Source of the DNA: Prevotella sp.
GTDB lineage: Bacteria > Bacteroidota > Bacteroidia > Bacteroidales > Dysgonomonadaceae
Assembly (NCBI GenBank): GCA_031285625.1
Contig: JAITVV010000031.1
Span: 1-10,683 of the forward strand
Direction: 5' to 3'
Length of the DNA stretch: 10,683 bases
Below the pieces are notes generated by a model. That model ran no database searches, was not told the DNA's origin, and saw nothing but the letters and a program-made list of their open reading frames with translations. How positions within the stretch are numbered: the stretch's first letter is position 1; each line of letters begins with the position of its first letter. Below are positions 1 to 7,131 of the stretch, in pieces. Position numbers and translations under genes: made by a program.

Positions 1-32
1 CCTGTCCGTTTTTTTATAATAATTGCCCCCTG

Positions 33-257
33 TGTAGTATACGTTGTAGTACAGGAATGTTATAGCCGGATTAATATGTTAGTAATCAGTCGGATGAAAA
101 TTAAAGAAACTTGTCAAAAGTAACACATTTTTCTATTGTTTTTATTGTTACTTTTTACTATTTGTATAATTCATTATATATCAACGCTTAAATTGCAAAA
201 AGTGACAAAGCTAACAGTTTTTTTATCGTTTCTATAAATCTGTATTTGTTACCTTTT
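33..257. repeat. Cluster of short direct and inverted repeats (TGTAGTA x2; AAAG(N)TAACA / TGTTACYTTT pairs), possibly a mobile-element end or origin remnant
   Basis: TGTAGTA at 33-39 and 45-51. Perfect 10-bp inverted repeat AAAAGTAACA 116-125 / TGTTACTTTT 146-155. 9/10 inverted repeat AAAGCTAACA 207-216 / TGTTACCTTT 247-256. Related AAAGTGACA at 199-207. No ORF in the track. Repeats are seen directly, function is inferred. Confidence 0.45.
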
Positions 258-289
258 ATTCTCTCTATATAAGACAAAAATCAGATGGA

Positions 290-1240
290 TTATTTACCAT
301 TCATCAGATCAAGTTCTCCCAGTTCTGCGATTTTCTTTTTATCATAAGGGGTCTCTTGATAGACAAAGTAATTCAACCAATTATTAAATAAAAGATTTCC
401 GTGTCCCGACCAACGAACAAGCGGTGGATTATTCGGATTATCATTCTTGTAATAATTAACCGGAATTTTTATTGGCAATCCTTTTTCCACATCTCTTACG
501 TATTCAGTATTCAGCGTATTGGGTGCATATTCTGAATGTCCTGTCAGATAGAATTCGCGACCTCCGCGTGAGGTTACAATCCCTACACCGGAGTCGTCCG
601 ATTCGGATAATATCTTTAATCCGTCATGTTTCAGTATTTCATCACGGGTCACGGTTGTGTGACGGCTGTGTGGTATATAGAACTCATCGTCGAAGCCTCT
701 GAATAACGGAAATTTCTTATCGTGAGCAACATGTTTGAATACACCGAACATCTTTTCCGGAAGAATTTGCTTATTCACTCCGTAGAAATGGTACATAGCA
801 GCCTGGGCAGCCCAGCAGATGTATAATGTAGATGTAACATTTGTACGTGCCCAATCGAATATGGAAGTTATTTCGGGCCAGTAAGTAACATCTTTAAATT
901 CATAGAGTTCTACAGGCGCACCTGTAATGATAAGACCATCATAATAATCATCTTTTACTTCGCTGAAATTTTTATAAAACATCAGTAAATGTTCCTCCGG
1001 CGTATTTTTTGAAACATGAGTCTCCAGTTTCAAAAATTCTACCTCTACCTGCAACGGGTTGTTTGACAGTAATCTGATCAGGTCTGTTTCTGTCATAATC
1101 TTTAGAGGCATCAGATTGAGTATAAGCACGCGTAAAGGACGTATGTCCTGCTCGTGTGCTCTCAACTCGTTCATTACGAATATATTCTCTTTTTTGAGAA
1201 TTTCTATTGCCGGAAGATTGTTGGGTATATTTACTGGCAT
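290..1240 (-). CDS. metA: Homoserine O-acyltransferase MetA family, predicted homoserine O-acetyltransferase (MetAA type)
   Basis: 316 aa with MetA hallmarks: N-terminal MPVNIPNNLPA..LKKENIFVM, QDIRPL..ILNLMP.K..TE, GLIITGAPVE, catalytic Cys in YICWAAQA, PHSRH, and catalytic His/Glu in GHSEY. Confidence 0.96.
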   Translation of the reverse strand: MPVNIPNNLPAIEILKKENIFVMNELRAHEQDIRPLRVLILNLMPLKIMTETDLIRLLSNNPLQVEVEFLKLETHVSKNTPEEHLLMFYKNFSEVKDDYYDGLIITGAPVELYEFKDVTYWPEITSIFDWARTNVTSTLYICWAAQAAMYHFYGVNKQILPEKMFGVFKHVAHDKKFPLFRGFDDEFYIPHSRHTTVTRDEILKHDGLKILSESDDSGVGIVTSRGGREFYLTGHSEYAPNTLNTEYVRDVEKGLPIKIPVNYYKNDNPNNPPLVRWSGHGNLLFNNWLNYFVYQETPYDKKKIAELGELDLMNGK

Positions 1241-1277
1241 GCCTGTAGCTTTTAAGTATAATGATTGTTTCTGGATA

Positions 1278-1285
1278 CAAAGTTA
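1278..1285 (-). promoter_or_regulatory. Bacteroidetes sigma-A -7 element (TAACTTTG) for metA
   Basis: Reverse complement of 1278-1285 matches TAnnTTTG, about 37 nt upstream of the metA ATG. Confidence 0.65.
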
Positions 1286-1447
1286 CAAAAATAACAAAAA
1301 GGCGTATTACCCGCTTTGCTATTTTATTACTAATTAATATGAATCAGAACTTTTAGCTATATCTAATCTTTAGTAAAAAAAATATCATGTATAACTTGTT
1401 GATAATTATGTGTTTATTTTACTTATTGAAAAAAGTTTTAAAGGAAA

Positions 1448-1474
1448 TGTAACTAATTTTACTTAACTGACGTC
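1448..1474 (+). promoter_or_regulatory. Candidate ECF-sigma promoter TGTAAC-N17-CGTC
   Basis: TGTAAC at 1448-1453, 17-nt spacer, CGTC at 1471-1474, 70 nt upstream of the ATG at 1545. This fits the generic ECF AAC/CGT architecture. I saw no TAnnTTTG on this strand nearby. Confidence 0.45.
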
Positions 1475-1544
1475 ATATTTACAGAAGCGCTCAAAAAAGA
1501 ATTGATAAACAAAAAGAATAAATAACATTTAAATAAACACAATC

Positions 1545-1967
1545 ATGAAAGCAAGAATATTATCATTAGCAGTAGTCGTTTTATTATCAGTTGCAGGTGT
1601 ATATGCATCAAATCCCAAGACGAAAATTTATAGTAATGCAGATAACAAAACTAAGGAATATACATTCGTAGACAGTGAAACTCTAAAGGCTCTAAAAAAG
1701 ATGATTTATTCCTATGATTCAGAAGGAACTTTACAAGAAAAGTCATTATATGTATGGGATGATACTCAGGGCTGGACGGGTATTCAAAAATATAACTACA
1801 ATTATGATGCAGATAAATTAGTTACAATTGTATATACCAAATGGGATAAAAATATTGCAACCTGGTCTGCTACATCACAACATATACTTCACACATATAA
1901 TACAGATGGCGAACTGCTTGCAGTGGAACAAATAGAGGTGAATGATAATCTGATAGCCGCACAGTAA
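1545..1967 (+). CDS. Secreted DUF3836-like protein
   Basis: 140 aa with a Sec signal peptide (MKARILSLAVVVLLSVAGVYA) and repeated Y-x-Y-D...(Y/K)-x-W-D...W beta-hairpin units typical of Bacteroidetes DUF3836 proteins. A-rich leader, strong terminator downstream. Confidence 0.8.
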   Translation: MKARILSLAVVVLLSVAGVYASNPKTKIYSNADNKTKEYTFVDSETLKALKKMIYSYDSEGTLQEKSLYVWDDTQGWTGIQKYNYNYDADKLVTIVYTKWDKNIATWSATSQHILHTYNTDGELLAVEQIEVNDNLIAAQ

Positions 1968-1982
1968 GTGTTTGATATAACC

Positions 1983-2018
1983 AATAAGTCCCGTTTCTGG
2001 TCGGAAACGGGACTTATT
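1983..2018. terminator. Bidirectional intrinsic terminator between convergent genes
   Basis: Perfect 15-bp stem AATAAGTCCCGTTTC (1983-1997) / GAAACGGGACTTATT (2004-2018) with a 6-nt loop, lying between stop codons at 1967 and 2047. Confidence 0.88.
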
Positions 2019-2046
2019 TATTTAGGGCGTTTACTTTAAATCAATA

Positions 2047-3432
2047 TCAGCGTCTTTCGTTATAGATACCAAACTCACTAATAGTAGGAGAACTCTTATA
2101 CCCTTCGATAGTAATACGTACTTTATCTCCCCATACACGGTCAAATCGGTGAACTTTTATAAAGTCATTTTTAGTTCCTGAAAAAATTGTTTCCCATTTG
2201 TTATTGTGCAGATATTCGAGGCGGTATGTCTGAATGTCATTTTTGTTGCTCTTCTCTGTAATAGTGATCATATTGAAAGGTTGCTCTTTTTCCAGATTTA
2301 TTTCCAACCATGGTTTGCTTACAGATTTGTTAGATTCCCATCCTGTTGTGAAATTATCATCATTGGCAAAATCCATTAGCTGCATATCCCAACTCCAGCT
2401 TGAATTTGCAGGTTTGAATTTAGCTATATTTGAAGAAATGATCGGTGCATCTGCCTGTGGAAGTTTAGCTAACGGGCCTTCATTTTTCCAGAGTTTTCCT
2501 ATTTGACGGAAGGCTGCCACAGCATTATCATCGATCAGTCCGTCTCTGTTAGGAGCAGCATTCAGTATAAAGTTACAATATACATTGTTGAACGGGATAA
2601 TATTATCATTAACTAACACCTTAGGATCTTTAACAGGTGTGGTTGGGAAATCTTCTTTCCAAAACCATGCAGTATTGATCGGTAGGCATGATAGTGCGGG
2701 AAGTGTGTTACTGTCTTTTGAAATATGTTGCCCTGCACCTTGTTCATACGATTTTATATCTGTATAAAACAATGCCTGTGCCGGATATTTAGCGGCATTC
2801 AGATCCATAACCAGACAGTTTGGCTGTAAAGATTTTATCAGGTTGTATATATCTTCGAAAGGAATCTGATCATAAGAAATACGTGACCATGGAGCATCCC
2901 AACCATCGATTATTAATGCTTTTATTTCACCATAGTTAGTTAATAGCTCTGTAAGCTGAGCTTTTACCATTTCTATATGTTTCGGCGTGATATGTCCGGG
3001 ACGGAGCTTATGATGGGTATCCAGAATAGAATAGTATAGCATAACATTTAGTCCCTGCTTACGGAAAGCATCAGCATATTCTTTTACAACATCTCTTTTG
3101 AAAGGACTATTCATAACATTATAGTCGGTTGTTTTGGTATCCCAGATACAAAATCCGCTGTGATGTTTTGTGGTGAGGCATCCGTAAGTCATGTTGGCTT
3201 CTTTTGCTGTTGTAGCCCATTGATTACAATCCAGTTTGACAGGATTGAAGATTGCAGGAGAGGCGTCCGGATCGGCCCAATCATCACTCATAAACGTAGG
3301 AATATTGAAATGAATGAACATGCCAAAACGAAGATCTACAAATTCTTGTTGCAACTGCTGTAATGGTTTTTGTTGTGAAAAAACAACTAATGATAAGAAT
3401 AAGAAACAAAATAGAACAGGTAACTTTTTCAT
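2047..3432 (-). CDS. Alpha-L-fucosidase (GH29) with C-terminal F5/8 type C (CBM32-like) domain
   Basis: 461 aa with a signal peptide, RFGMFIHF, FNPVKLDCNQW, LTTKHHSGFCIW, and probable nucleophile in LIIDGW. The C-terminal ANDDNFTT.W...WLEINL...YRLEY...VRITI...ISEFGIY segment is discoidin-like. Confidence 0.92.
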   Translation of the reverse strand: MKKLPVLFCFLFLSLVVFSQQKPLQQLQQEFVDLRFGMFIHFNIPTFMSDDWADPDASPAIFNPVKLDCNQWATTAKEANMTYGCLTTKHHSGFCIWDTKTTDYNVMNSPFKRDVVKEYADAFRKQGLNVMLYYSILDTHHKLRPGHITPKHIEMVKAQLTELLTNYGEIKALIIDGWDAPWSRISYDQIPFEDIYNLIKSLQPNCLVMDLNAAKYPAQALFYTDIKSYEQGAGQHISKDSNTLPALSCLPINTAWFWKEDFPTTPVKDPKVLVNDNIIPFNNVYCNFILNAAPNRDGLIDDNAVAAFRQIGKLWKNEGPLAKLPQADAPIISSNIAKFKPANSSWSWDMQLMDFANDDNFTTGWESNKSVSKPWLEINLEKEQPFNMITITEKSNKNDIQTYRLEYLHNNKWETIFSGTKNDFIKVHRFDRVWGDKVRITIEGYKSSPTISEFGIYNERR

Positions 3433-3476
3433 AGGTAAAAAGGTTTTTTACAATAATTATTTGTGTGTTTACAAAA

Positions 3477-3484
3477 CAAAAATA
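3477..3484 (-). promoter_or_regulatory. Sigma-A -7 element (TATTTTTG) for the fucosidase gene
   Basis: Matches TAnnTTTG on the minus strand, 44 nt upstream of the ATG and just downstream of the preceding terminator. The low-complexity context raises the chance of a random match. Confidence 0.5.
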
Positions 3485-3520
3485 AATAAAAGACCTGATA
3501 ATTGGAAGTTATTAAAATAG

Positions 3521-3542
3521 AAAAGGCGGAATAAATCCGCCT
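3521..3542 (-). terminator. Intrinsic terminator of the beta-barrel gene
   Basis: Stem AGGCGGA (3524-3530) / TCCGCCT (3536-3542) with a 5-nt loop, followed on the minus strand by a T-rich tract. Confidence 0.75.
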
Positions 3543-3570
3543 AATCATCCAAATATATATAGTACACCGA

Positions 3571-4374
3571 TTAAAAATGCCAGCTAAAGCCGAATGTATA
3601 GGTAAATTCTGCAAACCAGAATGCCTGTTTGGCTTTATCATCAGATGATTTTGTTGTTCTGATGCTTGGCATATTTATATATCCTTCTTTTATCTCTGAA
3701 CGTAGAAAGAACAGATCCCAAAGGTTTACGTCAAGTCCGCCTTTGGCACTCAGTCCGAATCCTGCCAGATGGAATGCATCGTGGCGCTCATTCCCCATTA
3801 TAGTGACATTACTTCTGGGTAACAGAAATCCGGCTCCACCACCTATTAGCCCATTGACCTTCAGGATGCCTCTATGATAGAAATTTTTGTAATATTCTAT
3901 TTCAGAGTTTATATAATTAAGTCCGTCGGTATGTTCAAACTTTAAAAAGTCTTCTGTAAGTTTTATACTGCCGTCATCGTTGATACGCGTTATATACTCA
4001 GGCTTTACGTATCCGTCTATATCTACGGTCTGGTCCTTATCCATTACATACTTCATATGGTCCACACCCAAGGTTATAGCCAGATTATCTTTGATGAAAT
4101 ATCCTACTCTGAAATTTGTTTGGGGAATTGTAATCCTGTCGAGACGCAAATAGTTATGGTAACTGAATTTATTCTGTTTGTCAGAAGCTTTTACCTTATG
4201 AAGGGTAAAGTCATAATCATTCCCTTTAAAATGGATAGTTGAATTTGTATAAGCATTTCTGTTCCATCCCCACAGGGCGAAGAATGTACCTTTCTTATAT
4301 GCAGGCTCGCTTTGAGAAAAAACTGTTGTTGATTGAACGATAACAAATGTTATGAGAATTAATCGATATAGCAT
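3571..4374 (-). CDS. Hypothetical outer-membrane beta-barrel protein
   Basis: 267 aa with an N-terminal signal peptide, amphipathic aromatic-rich beta-strands, and a C-terminal strand ending in Phe (FTYTFGFSWHF), typical of a BAM beta-signal. Confidence 0.8.
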   Translation of the reverse strand: MLYRLILITFVIVQSTTVFSQSEPAYKKGTFFALWGWNRNAYTNSTIHFKGNDYDFTLHKVKASDKQNKFSYHNYLRLDRITIPQTNFRVGYFIKDNLAITLGVDHMKYVMDKDQTVDIDGYVKPEYITRINDDGSIKLTEDFLKFEHTDGLNYINSEIEYYKNFYHRGILKVNGLIGGGAGFLLPRSNVTIMGNERHDAFHLAGFGLSAKGGLDVNLWDLFFLRSEIKEGYINMPSIRTTKSSDDKAKQAFWFAEFTYTFGFSWHF

Positions 4375-4436
4375 GATAGTTTGTTTTTAGTATAACAAAT
4401 GCTTATAACATATTTGGTTCATCTATAATAAATAGA

Positions 4437-4466
4437 AAAAGCCGATACTGGATTGTATCGGCTTTT
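4437..4466 (-). terminator. Intrinsic terminator after the lipoprotein gene (potentially bidirectional)
   Basis: Perfect 12-bp stem AAAAGCCGATAC (4437-4448) / GTATCGGCTTTT (4455-4466) with a 6-nt loop, 22 nt past the stop codon. Confidence 0.87.
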
Positions 4467-4488
4467 ATTTTATAGATTAAGAGATGGG

Positions 4489-5361
4489 TTATCCTACTTC
4501 AATAATTAAGAATTTAGTAAGGCTCCAGAATCTCTTATAATCTGTTATTTTCACTACAACTGTACCTTTAGCATCTTTTTCTAATGTGTAACTGTCGCTT
4601 GGGTGATCAGATAGAAGTTTTGCTTTTTTATCGTATACAGGAATACTTTGTGTATCGCGAATATCAACTCTGATAAATTTGCTTTTCTCAATGCTTTCTT
4701 TCAAAATTTTAGGTGATGCAAGGAATCCTCCTGAAACTACTTTCGCTTCTTTTAGTTCTTTGCTTGTTCCAAACATGTAGTAAGCTGTATTTAATTCTTT
4801 ATCTTGCTCTTTAATTTTTGCAGCTTGTTCTGCAGTCTGAGTAGATAGGTTCTCTACATTATCAGTCAGTGATTTTACATCTGTTTGTAGAGATGCAATC
4901 TGAGCATCACGGCTGGATAATGATTTTTGTAATTCCGATATTGTATTTGCTCTTTCAACCAATTCTGCATTCAGTCTTTCGATAGTTGCTTTCAAACCTG
5001 ACATTTGACCGGAATTACTTTTTAGTCTTTGATTTAATTTATCAATATCCGCTTTGTTTTTCTTAAGGATCTCATTAATCATTTCAAAGTTGTCTTTAAC
5101 ACGGGTTTTTGTGTCGTTAGACATTTCTCCTTTTGTTTTAGATTCGATAGATAAGAATTTCTCAGCTTCTCTTATTTGTCTGAAATTTTCTTCTACATCA
5201 TTGATGAGTGCATTCATTTCAGCTAATTCGGTATTGCTTTGCGTTGATACTTGCATAAGAGAGTCCCTTTGAGCTTGCAAAGCCTTATATTCATCCGAAT
5301 TTTTTACATTACATGATGCTAGAGCCATTAAGCAAGCGCATCCTACTATTAACTTTTTCAT
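4489..5361 (-). CDS. Coiled-coil lipoprotein, resembling the Bacteroides Cbp1 collagen-binding glycoprotein family
   Basis: ATG at 5361 (the track start at 5367 is a TTG) gives MKKLIVGCACLMALAS-C with a lipobox. It is followed by a long heptad-rich helix and a small C-terminal beta domain (AYYMFGT.KEL...LLSDHP.DSY.L...ITDYKRFWS). The Cbp1 assignment is from recall and is less certain than the CDS itself. Confidence 0.8.
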   Translation of the reverse strand: MKKLIVGCACLMALASCNVKNSDEYKALQAQRDSLMQVSTQSNTELAEMNALINDVEENFRQIREAEKFLSIESKTKGEMSNDTKTRVKDNFEMINEILKKNKADIDKLNQRLKSNSGQMSGLKATIERLNAELVERANTISELQKSLSSRDAQIASLQTDVKSLTDNVENLSTQTAEQAAKIKEQDKELNTAYYMFGTSKELKEAKVVSGGFLASPKILKESIEKSKFIRVDIRDTQSIPVYDKKAKLLSDHPSDSYTLEKDAKGTVVVKITDYKRFWSLTKFLIIEVG

Positions 5362-5456
5362 ATACAAATGTTTAAGTTGTTAGATTCTATTTATTGTTAA
5401 ATTCATTCAATTTTTATTAGTCGTGTATGTAGCTCAGCATCATTATGAAATAAATT

Positions 5457-6155
5457 TCAGCTTTGCTCTCGTTCCTTAGAACGTTCCTCTTTTCCCGACA
5501 AAACTATAACAAATTCACCTCTGGGTTCGTTCATTGTATAGTGTAATATTAGTTCCTTCAATGATCCCCTCATAATTTCCTCATATTTCTTTGATATCTC
5601 ACGGCAAGTAGCTGCATAGCGGTCTTCACCCATATATTCAGCTAATTGGGTCAGGGTTTTTAAAACTCTGTGTGGCGATTCATAAAAGACTATAGTTTTG
5701 TTTTCGTCTGCTAATATTTTAAGTCTGGTCATCCTTCCCTTTTTCTGTGGAAGAAACCCTTCGAAGCAAAATCTGTCGCAGGGTATTCCCGATGCAACAA
5801 GTGCCGGAACAAATGCTGTGGCTCCAGGTAAACATTCAACTTGTATACCTGCACTCACACATTCTCTTACCACTAAAAAACCCGGATCGGAAATACCCGG
5901 AGTTCCTGCATCGGATACCAAAGCCATGTCTTCACCTGCATTTATACGGTCTACAATGTGTGCTACGGCTTTATGTTCGTTAAATTTGTGATAAGACTGC
6001 ATTTTGTTCTGTATATCAAAATGTTTCAGCAGTATTCCGGTAGTTCGAGTATCCTCGGCCAGAATAAGAGACACCTCTTTTAAGAGCCTTATTGCCCTGA
6101 ATGTAATGTCTTCCAAGTTGCCTACGGGCGTAGGTATAATATATAACTTACCCAT
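5457..6155 (-). CDS. rsmI: 16S rRNA (cytidine(1402)-2'-O)-methyltransferase
   Basis: MGKLYIIPTPVGNLEDITFRA, ILAEDTR, ALVSDAGTPGISDPG, FEGFLP, FYESPHR, REISK.YEE and RGEFVIV are the canonical RsmI motifs. Confidence 0.97.
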   Translation of the reverse strand: MGKLYIIPTPVGNLEDITFRAIRLLKEVSLILAEDTRTTGILLKHFDIQNKMQSYHKFNEHKAVAHIVDRINAGEDMALVSDAGTPGISDPGFLVVRECVSAGIQVECLPGATAFVPALVASGIPCDRFCFEGFLPQKKGRMTRLKILADENKTIVFYESPHRVLKTLTQLAEYMGEDRYAATCREISKKYEEIMRGSLKELILHYTMNEPRGEFVIVLSGKEERSKEREQS

Positions 6156-6190
6156 TTCCTTTCCGATATCCTAAGTACATAAACAGTTCA

Positions 6191-6198
6191 CAAAGATA
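6191..6198 (-). promoter_or_regulatory. Sigma-A -7 element (TATCTTTG) for the rsmI-lipoprotein unit
   Basis: Exact TAnnTTTG on the minus strand, 35 nt upstream of the rsmI ATG. Confidence 0.68.
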
Positions 6199-6350
6199 GA
6201 AAAAAATTGAACTGTTAAATAAAAAACGGGAATAATGTCATTTTGTTGTGTTAAATATTATTGAAACGCTTTTTACGTTGATCCCAGATTGGACGAAAGC
6301 CTTTTGCTTTCAGATAAATTGGATATTATACTATTGTTTAGTGTGTTAAA

Positions 6351-7079
6351 TTATTTTATTATTTTGTATAACTCATCCCAGCTATCATATAATGCTTTCA
6401 TAGATGGTAATACGATGTTTGCTCCCGCATCTGCTAATACCTTGTCGGGCATTGGCCCTGTGTTGATCGCAATAGTGAAAATTCCGGCAGCTACAGCAGC
6501 TTCAACTCCTCTTGGTGCATTTTCTACTACAACAACTTGGTTAGGTTTCAGATTACCGGCTTTTTGTAATCCCATTAGATATGGCTCCGGATGAGGTTTG
6601 CCGTGTTTTACATCAAATGCTGTTACCATCAGTTCCTTTTTGAATAAGCCGGGGAAATTATGTTCCAGTTTGTTGATGAGTGTCGGTTGTCCGGATCCGG
6701 TGACAACGACGCAGGCAAGCCCCTCACCATATATTTTTTTTACAAAATCATAAGCATATGGGATAAGGCTTCCATCGTTATATTTTGTAAATAATTCAGT
6801 TTTACGCTTATATATAGTTTCTATTTCTTCTGGCGTGGCATTTCGTTTTTTTTCCCGGTTCATCAAATCATTAATCGTTTTGCTTCCCACCATTCCTTCA
6901 TATAGGTAGAATTCTTCCGGAGTACTTGGTATATCAAATTCATCCATGGTTTCTTTCCATGATTTGGCATGCCATTTCATCGAGTCATACAAAACGCCGT
7001 CCATGTCGAAAAGAATGGCCTTTAAGTCAAATTTTTGATAATTATGTTTATTGAGGTATTCTTTAAATGCAGTGATCAT
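6351..7079 (-). CDS. HAD-superfamily hydrolase, subfamily IA (beta-phosphoglucomutase-like / sugar phosphatase)
   Basis: Motif I AILFDMDGVLYDS, motif II VVTGS, motif III GKPHPEPY, motif IV VVENAPRGVEAA. Start placed at the second ATG (7079) because a promoter -7 box abuts the first ATG at 7097. Confidence 0.9.
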   Translation of the reverse strand: MITAFKEYLNKHNYQKFDLKAILFDMDGVLYDSMKWHAKSWKETMDEFDIPSTPEEFYLYEGMVGSKTINDLMNREKKRNATPEEIETIYKRKTELFTKYNDGSLIPYAYDFVKKIYGEGLACVVVTGSGQPTLINKLEHNFPGLFKKELMVTAFDVKHGKPHPEPYLMGLQKAGNLKPNQVVVVENAPRGVEAAVAAGIFTIAINTGPMPDKVLADAGANIVLPSMKALYDSWDELYKIIK

Positions 7080-7099
7080 AATTTTCTTTGTTTTCATCG

Positions 7100-7131
7100 C
7101 AAAGGTAACATAAAATTGAATAATGCTCCAA
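7100..7131 (-). promoter_or_regulatory. Sigma-A promoter TTG-N21-TACCTTTG for the HAD gene
   Basis: TACCTTTG at 7107-7100 and TTG at 7131-7129 on the minus strand, with spacing that fits the Bacteroidetes -33/-7 consensus. Confidence 0.68.

Noticed and set aside
1-290. CRISPR array or canonical invertible promoter
   Set aside because: The repeats are only 7-10 bp, irregularly spaced and in both orientations. There is no GTTAC-N7-GTAAC or long inverted-repeat pair flanking a promoter, and no cas or recombinase gene in the window.
1297-1318. Weak hairpin AAGGCG-TATTACC-CGCTTT upstream of metA
   Set aside because: Short, imperfect and upstream of the predicted promoter, so it is not in the metA transcript and is unsupported as an attenuator.
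472-1337. ORFs 472-702, 972-1280 and 1059-1337
   Set aside because: They overlap the well-supported metA in other frames or on the other strand, and lack protein-like features.
2234-4242. Short ORFs within or across the fucosidase and barrel genes, including Cys-rich 3314-3520 and 3429-3641
   Set aside because: These are antisense or alternate-frame products. The Cys cluster is simply the antisense reading of Gln/Thr-type codons in the fucosidase N-terminus, and 3429-3641 runs through a terminator.
6295-6311. GAAAGC/GCTTTC hairpin after the HAD gene, and similar TAGGGT/ACCCTA at 7146-7167 after aspA
   Set aside because: Only 6-bp stems without clear U-tracts, too weak to call terminators.
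5054-6594. + strand ORFs 5054-5272, 5698-5991, 5747-5983 and 6289-6594
   Set aside because: Antisense shadows of the lipoprotein, rsmI and HAD genes.
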